64,000 nt of DNA from Anthoceros angustus (Eukaryota > Plantae > Anthocerotophyta), in NCBI GenBank assembly GCA_010909165.1, contig VJWM01000280.1, positions 62,001 through 126,000 on the forward strand, in the 5' to 3' direction. A program made the translations under genes and the position numbers. Under the pieces are notes generated by a model. The model ran no database searches. It saw only the letters and a list, made by a program, of their open reading frames with translations, and was not told where the DNA came from. Below are positions 38,365 through 50,400 of this stretch, one piece after another. Every line of letters begins with the position of its first letter. Position 1 is the first letter of the stretch.

Positions 38365-40425
38365 GCTACCTCCAGAAAGAAAGGTTTGGGCCCCGCCTCA
38401 CCCCAGTCACCGCACCTCAAGACCCTACCGGACACCATGCACCCTCACACGGTCGACGCACGCTTGTGTAGCAAGACAAGCACACAGGTCGGAGAGCAAG
38501 GCATGACATTTTATTATGGGAGCTCCTCCCCTCTTATAGGAGCTCCCCAAACCCCTAGCATTAATTAAGTCCGGTGGGGTAGGTGGGGTTGCTTACGGTT
38601 TTAAGTAGGTGGCCTCTTAAAGGTTCTTAACCTACCTCCTAACAATCCCACTAACCCCTAGGGTCTTAATGACCCATTCACTCCCCTACCAACTATCCGC
38701 CTACTTCTTCTTGGGTGTTGGCCCAACCACCGTCTTCCTCCTCTTGGCTTGGGACTGCCCCCGTCCGGATCTCTTCACTCGTCGTCGCGACAGGAACCTC
38801 CACACCTGTCTCGGCGATGCGACTGCTGAGCTGAACGCCACCCCTCTTGCTCTTGTAGAGGCATCCTCTATAGCCATCAGACCGCATAATTACCTCCAGG
38901 CGGTTGGGTGTTGGTGCAGCCCCGCCCGCCAGACACCCCACCAACTCTACCGCCCGCTGGAAATCTCTTCCTCTTCCATTGGCTCCTCCCACATTGAGCC
39001 TTCGCATCCATTTCACTCTCCAAGTCCCGAATCTCCGTTGAGGTGCAATTCTTCAAAATCTCCTCGTCATCGTGGGGACCCAACAACTTCCTTGTCAACA
39101 AGGAACGCATCTCCTTGGCAAACTTGTTGACCCTAGCATGTAAGTGGACTGCATCTCACGGCCCTTCAAACAAATCTCATCAAATTCCTCGAGGCCACTC
39201 TCACGAGGCTATCTTACATAAGCATCCCTCTCAGCGTCACCTCACTCAAAGCAGTGACATTCTCGGCATCTCTCTTCCATGCCTCCAGTATCCCTTATGC
39301 CATGCATATCGGGCGTTGCTTCTGACGACCCGACATGCGATGCATCATTTTCCTCCGGTGGGCTACCTCTTCCTTCCACCGTTGGTCGACCTCCGTTGCT
39401 TGCTTTAGCTCCTCACGCTCCTTGCTCCATGTGGCTGTCCTCCTCCGGCTCCTTGAGCTTGGCCTCGATTCTTCATTCTTGGCTTGGCGCCTCGGCCTCC
39501 CCGGGGCAGTCTTGGCGTCCTATTCTCTTTCTTCTCGGCTGAAGAGTCTTCTTCCGCTCCTTCCCACGGGCAGTCTCCTCAATTTTACGATTGAGGTAGC
39601 CACTTCCTTCATTCGCTCCCTACTTTCTTGTCTCATTTTGTTCTTCAATCTTGAACCTCTCTCCGGTCAACTAGGCGCCTTGCTAGCGCCATCTCCTTGA
39701 TAGCCTTGCTATCCTTCTCCCCACGGAGGGTCGCTTGGTGTCTCGGCGGCTCTCACCTCCAACTCCTCTACTTCACCTTGGCTTGCTTGGAGTATCAATT
39801 AGGCAGCGGATGGTCGGGATCCTTCAAAGCCTTTGTCTTCTCATTCCTCCGGGTCGACAACGCCTTTCTCTTGGTGAGCGCCTCCACCGACCGATGTTGG
39901 GTGGAACTCCTGTGACTCGGTCATCTCACAGGGTGGGTTACATCCACCACTGCTCCATGGGGTTGCCTCTCAGACACATGGTGGCACCGCCACCTCTTCC
40001 TCTTGTGCCTTGTCTCCACAGACGGGGCACCTCTCCTTCCTTGGCGTCGGGGCAGGGGGTCTCATCATCCAATCACCACGAGGTGGTGAAGCACTCCTTG
40101 CTCCACCTTGGGTTCCTCCTCTGCCTTCTTCACCTTCTTAGGAGAGGGACCCTGTCATCCCTCGGAGGGACCACTTCAAATGGTGGTAAGACTCCTCCAG
40201 CTCTTCTTCGTCGATAACCCATGTGCCCCCCATGCACAAGGTAAGTACTCAAATGGGTATGTCGCCCCTCATTATCCACAATGTTTGGCCTCGGACTTGT
40301 CTCGGTGATGCTCATAGGCCCGACATGGTTGTCCCCAGTCGGTGAGCTCCTTGCTTGACTTCCACATGAAATGAAAGAATGCATCAAGTAGGTGGTTCGA
40401 CGCAGTCAGCCCCCAAAACTATCCT
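38365..40425 (-). mobile_element. LTR-retrotransposon fragment, copy B: degenerate E/K/R-rich coiled-coil ORF (~38850-40400) followed by PPT-like tract and LTR (38644 to ~38365)
   Basis: Minus-strand frameshifted peptides (TATWSKEREELKQATEVDQRWKEEVAHRR; VNKFAKEMRSLLTRKLLGPHDDEEIL) resemble accessory ORFs of plant Ty3/Gypsy elements. No RT or integrase motif is seen, so the family is not assigned. Confidence 0.55.
38518..38547. promoter_or_regulatory. Perfect 10-bp inverted repeat enclosing the LTR TATA-like motif (also at 36536-36565)
   Basis: GGGAGCTCCT-CCCCTCTTAT-AGGAGCTCCC. Confidence 0.6.
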
Positions 40426-43400
40426 TGTAGAGGCGGTGAAAACCAAGCGTGGGATGAAAACAATCACTACTATTCAAGTTTTGAAAAGGGTGGAGACCCC
40501 ATTAAAAGCGTTGAGCGTTTTTAGAGGACTTAACTTTCTCAAGGAGAAGCTCTTTTGCCCACCAAAATTTTCAAACCTCCTAGGAGCAAAGATTTGCATA
40601 GTACTAAATTGCAATCAAGAATGTAGGTCGCTAGAATGAAGGTGGCGATAGTCTAAAATCTTATGTGAAACGAGTCATGTCCATGCACACGATGTTTGAT
40701 TTAACGTAAGCAAAAATCTTGTCACTAAAGGGCGTGGACGACGAAGGTCTTTTTCCAATCCATGAAGTCCATCGGCAAACCTTTAACTTTGCATGGTCGG
40801 GAGTGTGCATGAGTGTAAGTGTTGGGAATGCGTGTTGACGATGCCGACCGTGGAATGCGGCGGATGTATGGATGGGCGCGGTCGGATGCATAGGATTCAA
40901 ACATTGATTAATGGAGGGAGTCTCGGTCACGGCAGCTATGTCGACTATGTGCGACGCGACATACTCCTCACATCATTCTTGGCACGGGACAAACATTTGA
41001 CCCCTTGCTCAAAGAATACATAACAAATTTGGCCGTCATAATGCACATCCTATTGATACATTTAATTTTACGTAGTGAGAAAAAGTCACGACCATGCTGC
41101 ATGCTAGTATGTGAGCTACAACATGAGCTATTTGATTGAAGGCAAGTTCACGGCGCATAATCTAAGGCTCAATTCACGAGCTCTTCCAAACAAAAATTCC
41201 CACTTTGCAAAACCATGCATTTATAACGGATGCATGCGGACGCAAAAATCGGTAAGTGCTCTTGAGCGTACTCACCGCCACATTACATGCGTCGGCAATG
41301 CTCTTGAGCGAGCTGCAGTTCCCTCGAGATCTTACACTATGTATATAACTCCGCGGTGACCGTGTGGGAGCTTGGATATCGAATTTTTGTTTTCCGAGGG
41401 CACTCAGAAAGACAGCCTCGTGACTTTCCTTGCGCATTTCGAGCTGGAACAAAATAAGTCGCAAAATCCTTGGGCCGGATAGCTTTGGGCCACACGGCGG
41501 ATTTCCTGCGCGGCTGCGCACGGCCCTCATTTCTAGGAGGTCCACCAACTTCCCAACAACCCCTGGTCAAGGCTATAGCTGCAGTACCCAAAGCCTCGTA
41601 GATTTCTTGCATTGACCGAGGAGTCCTTTCTTCTTTACAAGCCACGTACATAGCAGCAGCCACATCGTCTCTTCACAACTCCCTTTTCTCAAGACCCTCG
41701 CCTTCTTGTACAAGGAACTTGCCAATACCGCGTGTTGTGCACAATTCTCATTCTTCTGAGCTCAAATCCTATCAAAGGCGGATATCGTCGCCGTCATGAG
41801 TGGGAACCCGTGCATTCGTGTTCGCAGTGTGGATGCAACCCATTTTTCCTTTGCTGTAGTGCGGATGCAAGTGGTTAGGCCAGCATGGTCGAGCAAGTCA
41901 TCCGTGTAGAGACGTCCCACACGCTCCTTCTCGGCATCCTTGGACTTTGGCCTCACAAATTTTTCCACAAAGTTCTTCTTTCTCGCCGGACGCCAAGAGT
42001 CCGCCTGCGCCTCGGGACGGGGAGTCTGCCGTCCTATTGGCGCACTCCGACACCAGAAGGCCAAGATGCACGGAGTCCGTCGGCCTACCCGCACGATCGA
42101 GCCTCCCACTCCCCAATGCGACGCTCTCGGCCCACGGTTTAGGGTTATCGGGCCTACCACTCCCGAGTCGCCGTCCTTCGGCCCTCCCGTGAGACTTCTC
42201 ACCGGTGAGTGCACGATGGCGTCGTGCAATCCCGACCAGAATCGGTGAAGCTTGAGAAACCGTTTTAATTTTGAAAGTGTTTCGTAGAAAGGGCCTATGT
42301 AAATTAGCCTACTTGTACCAAATATCAAAGGCTATCGCATCAAGCTATGTTGGAGCTTGAAATGACAACTTGCATGCAGAGAAGGAAAATCAAGTCAACC
42401 AAGAACAACCTTTAGACTAAACCACATCCTTGTAGAGGCGGTGAAAACCAAGCGTGGGATGAAAACAATCACTACTATTCAAGTTTTGAAAAGGGTGGAG
42501 ACCCCATTAAAAGCGTTGAGCGTTTTTAGAGGACTTAACTTTCTCAAGGAGAAGCTCTTTTGCCCACCAAAATTTTCAAACCTCCTAGGAGCAAAGATTT
42601 GCATAGTACTAAATTGCAATCAAGAATGTAGGTCGCTAGAATGAAGGTGGCGATAGTCTAAAATCTTATGTGAAACGAGTCATGTCCATGCACACGATGT
42701 TTGATTTAACGTAAGCAAAAATCTTGTCACTAAAGGGCGTGGACGACGAAGGTCTTTTTCCAATCCATGAAGTCCATCGGCAAACCTTTAACTTTGCATG
42801 GTCGGGAGTGTGCATGAGTGTAAGTGTTGGGAATGCGTGTTGACGATGCCGACCGTGGAATGCGGCGGATGTATGGATGGGCGCGGTCGGATGCATAGGA
42901 TTCAAACATTGATTAATGGAGGGAGTCTCGGTCACGGCAGCTATGTCGACTATGTGCGACGCGACATACTCCTCACATCATTCTTGGCACGGGACAAACA
43001 TTTGACCCCTTGCTCAAAGAATACATAACAAATTTGGCCGTCATAATGCACATCCTATTGATACATTTAATTTTACGTAGTGAGAAAAAGTCACGACCAT
43101 GCTGCATGCTAGTATGTGAGCTACAACATGAGCTATTTGATTGAAGGCAAGTTCAAGGCGCATAATCTAAGGCTCAATTCACGAGCTCTTCCAAACAAAA
43201 ATTCCCACTTTGCAAAACCATGCATTTATAACGGATGCATGCGGACGCAAAAATCGGTAAGTGCTCTTGAGCGTACTCACCGCCACATTACATGCGTCGG
43301 CAATGCTCTTGAGCGAGCTGCAGTTCCCTCGAGATCTTACACTATGTATATAACTCCGCGGTGACCGTGTGGGAGCTTGGATATCGAATTTTTGTTTTCC

Positions 43401-45417
43401 GAGGGCACTCAGAAAGACAGCCTCGTGACTTTCCTTGCGCACTCCCGCACACAGAAGGCCAAGATGCACGGAGTCCGTCGGCCTACCCGCACGATCGAGC
43501 CTCCCACTCCCCAATGCGACGCTCTCGGCCCACGGTTTAGGGTTATCGGGCCTACCACTCCCGAGTGCGCCGTCCTTCGGCCCTCCCGTGAGACTTCTCA
43601 CCGGTGAGTGCACGATGGCGTCGTGCAATCCCGACCAGAATCGTGAAGCTTGAGAAACCGTTTTAATTTTTGAAAGTGTTTCGTAGAAAGGGCCTATGTA
43701 AATTAGCCTACTTGTACCAAATATCAAAGGCTATCGCATCAAGCTATGTTGGAGCTTGAAATGACAACTTGCATGCAGAGAAGGAAATCAAGTCAACCAA
43801 GAACAACCTTTAGACTAAACCACATCCTTGTAGAGGGTGAAAACCAAGCGTGGGATGAAAACAATCACTACTATTCAAGTTTTGAAAAGGGTGGAGACCC
43901 CATTAAAAGCGTTGAGCGTTTTTAGAGGACTTAACTTTCTCAAGGAGAAGCTCTTTTGCCCACCAAAATTTTCAAACCTCCTAGGAGCAAAGATTTGCAT
44001 AGTACTAAATTGCAATCAAGAATGTAGGTCGCTAGAATGAAGGTGGCGATAGTCTAAAATCTTATGTGAAACGAGTCATGTCCATGCACACGATGTTTGA
44101 TTTAACGTAAGCAAAAATCTTGTCACTAAAGGACGGACGAGCGGTCTTTTTCCAATCCATGAAGTCCATCGGCGGCAAACCTTTAACTTTGCATGGTCGG
44201 GAGTGTGCATGAGTGTAAGTGTTGGGAATGCGTGTTGACGATGCTGACCGTGGAATGCGATGCCGGATGTATGGATGGGCGCGGGTCGGATGCATAGGAT
44301 TCAAACATTGACAGTTAATGGAGGGAGTCTCTGGTCACGGCAGCTATGTCGACTATGTGCGACGCGACATACTCCTCACATCATTCTTGGCACCCGGGGA
44401 CAAACATTTGACCCCCTTGCTTCAGCAAGCATAACAAATTTGGCCGTCATAATGCACACAGTGTATTGATACATTTAATTTTACGTAGTGAGAAAAAGTC
44501 ACCATATGTCAGATGCTAGTATGTGAGCACAAGCACAAATGAGCTATTTGATTGAAGGCAAGTTCACGAGCATAATCTAAGGCTCAATTCACGAGCTCTT
44601 CCAAACAAAAATTCCCACTTTGCAAAACCATGCCGGTACTATAACGGATGCATGCGGACGCAAAAATCGGTAAGTGCTCTTGAGCGTACTCACCGCCACA
44701 TTACATGCGTCGGCAATGCTCTTGAGCGAGCCGCGGTTCCCTCGAGATCTTGCTGCACCATGTATATAACTCCGCGGTGACCGATCGCGGGGAGCTTGGA
44801 TATCGAATTTTTGTTTTCCGAGGGCACTCACAGCTTGAAAGATGCTCTACTTTCCTTGCGCACTGAACAAAACAGGTCTGCAAAATCCTTGGGCCGGATA
44901 GCTTTGGGCCACACGGCGGATTTCCTGCGCGGCTGCGCACGGCCCTCATTTCTAGGAGGTCCACCAACTTCCCAACAACCCCTGGTCAAGGCTATAGCTG
45001 CAGTACCCAAAGCCTCGTAGATTTCTTGCATTGACCGAGGAGTCCTTTCTTCTTTACAAGCCACGTACATAGCAGCAGCCACATCGTCTCTTCACAACTC
45101 CCTTTTCTCAAGACCCTCGCCTTCTTGTACAAGGAACTTGCCAATACCGCGTGTTGTGCACAATTCTCATTCTTCTGAGCTCAAATCCTATCAAAGGCGG
45201 ATATCGTCGCCGTCATGAGTGGGAACCCGTGCATTCGTGTTCGCAGTGTGGATGCAACCCATTTTTCCTTTGCTGTAGTGCGGATGCAAGTGGTTAGGCC
45301 AGCATGGTCGAGCAAGTCATCCGTGTAGAGACGTCCCACACGCTCCTTCTCCTCGTGCTCGGTGTCATTATCGAACTTCCTATATTCCAAGGTTTCGTCG
45401 ATACGACGTTCTTCTAA

Positions 45418-45624
45418 GTGTTCTCAGTGCGTCCTCCGGCACGCCTCCGTCCTCAGTCCTTGATCCTCGACCAACTCAAATGAGCTAAACACTCCCCTCT
45501 GCTTACATATATAGGGTGAGGAGGATTTTCCACACCCAAAGGCCAAGGACGAAATTTCCCTGTCAAAGGCCAAGGACCTTTTCCCCCTTGGACGTTAGAA
45601 TTCCTCAACCACGAAGGCCAAGGA
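45418..45624 (-). mobile_element. Non-array LTR-like block (longer copy at 48103-48451)
   Basis: The two copies are identical over ~200 bp. The minus strand has CCCTATATATGTAAG (TATA-like), and there are repeated GGCCAAGGA/CCTTGG motifs. The LTR identity is inferred. Confidence 0.4.
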
Positions 45625-47434
45625 ACAATCATCCTTGGATTTCGTCATCCCCTTTTTTCCCCTTAAATTCGCCCCCACTTCCTTGAGGTTGATTCCGTCC
45701 TTGGACTTTGGCCTCACAAATTTTTCCACAAAGTTCTTCTTTCTCGCCGGACGCCAAGAGTCCGCTAGCCTACTTGCGCCTCGGACGCCGGAGTCCGTCC
45801 TATTGGCGCACTCCGACACCAGAAGGCCAAGATGCACGGAGTCCGGCCTGCCCTACCCGCACGATCGAGCCTCCCACTCCCCAATGCGACGCTCTCGGCC
45901 CACGGTTTAGGGTTATCGGGCCTACCACTCCCGAGTCGCCGTCCTTCGGCCCTCCCGTGAGACTTCTCACCGGTGAGTGCACGATGGCGTCGTGCAATCC
46001 CGACCAGAATCGGTGAAGCTTGAGAAACCGTTTTAATTTTGAAAGTGTTTCGTAGAAAGGGCCTATGTAAATTAGCCTACTTGTACCAAATATCAAAGGC
46101 TATCGCATCAAGCTATGTTGGAGCTTGAAATGACAACTTGCATGCAGAGAAGGAAAATCAAGTCAACCAAGAACAACCTTTAGACTAAACCACATCCTTG
46201 TAGAGGCGGTGAAAACCAAGCGTGGGATGAAAACAATCACTACTATTCAAGTTTTGAAAAGGGTGGAGACCCCATTAAAAGCGTTGAGCGTTTTTAGAGG
46301 ACTTAACTTTCTCAAGGAGAAGCTCTTTTGCCCACCAAAATTTTCAAACCTCCTAGGAGCAAAGATTTGCATAGTACTAAATTGCAATCAAGAATGTAGG
46401 TCGCTAGAATGAAGGTGGCGATAGTCTAAAATCTTATGTGAAACGAGTCATGTCCATGCACACGATGTTTGATTTAACGTAAGCAAAAATCTTGTCACTA
46501 AAGGGCGTGGACGACGAAGGTCTTTTTCAATCCATGAAGTCCATCGGCAAACCTTTAACTTTGCATGGTCGGGAGTGTGCATGAGTGTAAGTGTTGGGAA
46601 TGCGTGTTGACGATGCCGACCGTGGAATGCGGCGGATGTATGGATGGGCGCGGTCGGATGCATAGGATTCAAACATTGATTAATGGAGGGAGTCTCGTCA
46701 CGGCAGCTATGTCGACTATGTGCGACGCGACATACTCCTCACATCATTCTTGGCACCGGGACAAACATTTGACCCCTTGCTTGAAGCATAACAAATTGGC
46801 CGTCATAATGCACATCTATTGATACATTTAATTTTACGTAGTGAGAAAAAGTCACGACCATCTTGCATGCTAGTATGTGAGCAAGCACATGAGCTATTTG
46901 ATTGAAGGCAAGTTCACGCGATAATCTAAGGCTCAATTCACGAGCTCTTCCAAACAAAAATTCCCACTTTGCAAAACCATGCCGGTACTATAACGGATGC
47001 ATGCGGACGCAAAAATCGGTAAGTGCTCTTGAGCGTACTCACCGCCACATTACATGCGTCGGCAATGCTCTTGGCGTCTATCCCTCCGATGAGCATCTTT
47101 GAGAGCTTCCTCGGAAGGTCGACCACCAACGCTCTTTCCATCTTCATTCCTCCGTGAGCCACCCCATCACTCTCGGTTTCGGCCTCCCATACACCTTTCG
47201 AATGTGCCGATCCATCCCCTTCGGATCCGCCCGCACGCCTTCCTCCAGTCCTCTGCTTTCCCTCCGTCGAGCTCAGCAAGACTCAACCAATTCCACATTA
47301 GAATAGGCCCAATGCCTATCGAACCCATCGAGCTGCAGTACCCAAAGCCTCGTAGATTTCTTGCATTGACCGAGGAGTCCTTTCTTCTTTCTCGAAGGAG
47401 AAGCTCTTTTGCCCACCAAAATTTTTCCACAAAG

Positions 47435-47478
47435 TTCTTCTTTCTTCTTTCTTCTTTCTTCTTTCTTCTTTCTTCTTC
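47435..47478 (+). repeat. (CTTCTTT)n microsatellite
   Basis: About six copies of the heptamer are read directly from the sequence. Confidence 0.85.
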
Positions 47479-50400
47479 TCCTTTTTGTGACGCTCCCTCC
47501 TTCTTCTGGGCCTTGCGCACTCCTCCGATCACGGCCTTCATCTCCGCCTTTCCACATAACTTCTCCAAAATCCTTGGGCCGGATAGCTTTGGGCCACACG
47601 GCGGATTTCCTGCGCGGCTGCGCACGGCCCTCATTTCTAGGAGGTCCACCAACTTCCCAACAACCCCTGGTCAAGGCTATAGCTGCAGTACCCAAAGCCT
47701 CGTAGATTTCTTGCATTGACCGAGGAGTCCTTTCTTCTTTACAAGCCACGTACATAGCAGCAGCCACATCGTCTCTTCACAACTCCCTTTTCTCAAGACC
47801 CTCGCCTTCTTGTACAAGGAACTTGCCAATACCGCGTGTTGTGCACAATTCTCATTCTTTCTGCGAGCTCAAATCCTATCAAAGGCGGATATCGTCGCCG
47901 TCATGAGTGGGAACCCGTGCATTCGTGGCAGGTGTGATGCAACCCATTTTTCCTTTGCTGTAGTGCGGATGCAAGTGGTTAGGCCAGCATGGTCGAGCAA
48001 GTCATCCGTGTAGAGACGTCCCACACGCTCCTTCTCCTCGTGCTCGGTGTCATTATCGAACTTCCTATATTCCAAGGTTTCGCCGACACGACGTTCTTCT
48101 AAGTGTTCTCAGTGCGTCCTCCGGCACGCCTCCGTCCTCAGTCCTTGATCCTCGACCAACTCAAATGAGCTAAACACTCCCCTCTGCTTACATATATAGG
48201 GTGAGGAGGATTTTCCACACCCAAAGGCCAAGGACGAAATTTTCCCTGTCAAAGGCCAAGGACCTTTTCCCCCTTGGACGTTAGAATTCCTCAACCACGA
48301 AGGCCAAGGAAGAAATTTTTCCATTTGTTCACCAATTGCAAAGCCCAAGGAAGAAAAATCAGCGAGACATGCAAAAGGTCGACCCGCCGCCACGTCATGA
48401 CCCTAACCGCCGATGTCTTCCTTTGTCCAAAACCCTCGAGGCCAGAGACGCGATTTCCTCGCGGGCTCGTCATGCACGGCCCTCATTTCTAGGAGGTCCA
48501 CCAACTTCCCAACAACCCCTGGTCAAGGCTATAGCTGCAGTACCCAAAGCCTCGTAGATTTCTTGCATTGACCGAGGAGTCCTTTCTTCTTTACAAGCCA
48601 CGTACATAGCGCAGCCACATCGTCTCTTCACAACTCCCTTTTCTCAAGACCCTCGCCTTCTTGTACAAGGAACTTGCCAATACCGCGTGTTGTGCACAAT
48701 TCTCATTCTTCTGCGAGCTCGAAATCCTATCAAAGGCGGATATCAGTGCCGTCATGAGTGGGAACCCGTGCATTCGTGTTCGCAGTGTGGATGCAACCCA
48801 TTTTTCCTTTGCTGTAGTGCGGATGCAAGTGGTTAGGCCAGCATGGTCGAGCAAGTCATCCGTACGTAGACGTCCACACGCTCCTTCTCCTCGTGCTCGG
48901 TGTCATTATCGAACTTCCTATATTCCAAGGTTTCGCCGACACGACGTTCTTCTAACACTAGACCGCACTGCAAATGCTCTCTGCACTGTCCTCATAAATC
49001 TGTCTTTATCTTGCACTCTAGACATTTCACTCCATATTCTCTGTCACGAGATAATTAAAAAGTGGAATGTGTAGCCTTGAAATCGTTAACCCACGAGGGC
49101 TTTGGACAATGAGTGACTAAGCACAATGATTGTTTTTCAAACAAGAAAGGATTCCAGTGACCTTGAACCTTGACACCTTACGAGGGCTTGTCCAATGTTT
49201 ATGAATATATGTAAGTCGCATCCCTCATTTATATACCCAAGTTTTCCTTGGCCCTTGGGAATCTTACGTGGAATTTTGCATCCCGAAACCCCTAATTACC
49301 ATGGGCCAAGGAACAATCATCCTTGGATTTCGTCATCCCTTTTTTTCCCCCTTAAATTCGCCCACTTCCTTGAGGTTGATTCCGTCCTTGGACTTTGGCC
49401 TCACAACTCCCTTTTCTCAAGACCCTCGCCTTCTTGTACAAGGAACTTGCCAATACCGCGTGTTGTGCACAATTCTCATTCTTTCTCGAGGCCTCTCGCT
49501 GGCGTCTTCCTGGAGTAGAACCTTACTCCGCATGTTCGGGATGCGGGCGGGAGTGACTGGCGCCGCCATGGGCCGGCACCAACCCTCCTTTTCTGCGAGC
49601 TCGAAATCCTATCAAAGGCGGATATCAGTGCCGTCATGAGTGGGAACCCGTGCATTCGTGTTCCAGGTGGATGCAACCCATTTTTCCTTTGCTGTAGTGC
49701 GGATGCAAGTGGTTAGGCCAGCATGGTCGAGCAAGTCATCCGTAATGTAGGGACGCCCCACACGCTCCTTCTCCTCGTGCTCGGTGTCATTATCGAACTT
49801 CCTATATTCCAAGGTTTCGCCGACACGACGTTCTTCTAACACTAGACCGCACCTGCAAATGCCGCATCTGCACTGCTGTCCTCATAAATCTGTCTTTATC
49901 TTGCACTCTAGACATTTCACTCCATATTCTCGGTGTCACGAGATAATTAAAAAGTGGAATGTGTAGCCTTGAAATCGTTAACCCACGAGGGCTTTGGACA
50001 ATGAGTGACTAAGCACAATGATTGTTTTTCAAACAAGAAAGGATTCCACGTGACCTTGAACCTTGACACCTTACGAGGGCTTGTCCAATGTTTATGAATA
50101 TATGTAAGTCGCATCCCTCATTTATATACCCAAGTTTTCCTTGGCCCTTGGGAATCTTACGTGGAATTTTGCATCCCGAAACCCCTAATTACCATGGGCC
50201 AAGGAACAATCATCCTTGGATTTCGTCATCCCTTTTTTTCCCCCTTAAATTCGCCCCACTTCCTTCGAGGTTGATTCCGTCCTTGGACTTTGGCCTCACA
50301 AATTTTTCCACAAAGTTCTTCTTTCTCGAGCCGGACGCCAAGAGTCCGCTAGCCTACTTGCGCCCTCGGACGCCGGAGTCTGCCGTCCTATTGGCGCACT

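Larger units (their letters stand above)
41169..49925 (-). pseudogene. Cluster of partial TFIIB copies (41169-41932, 43174-43442, 44584-45417, 46933-47072, 47567-48102, 48468-49035, ~49590-49925)
   Basis: Homologous segments truncated at microhomology junctions, e.g. ORFs 45181-45390, 47869-48075 and 49612-49842 (EYRKFDNDTEHEEKERVGR..TDDLLDHAGLTTCI). Confidence 0.75.
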
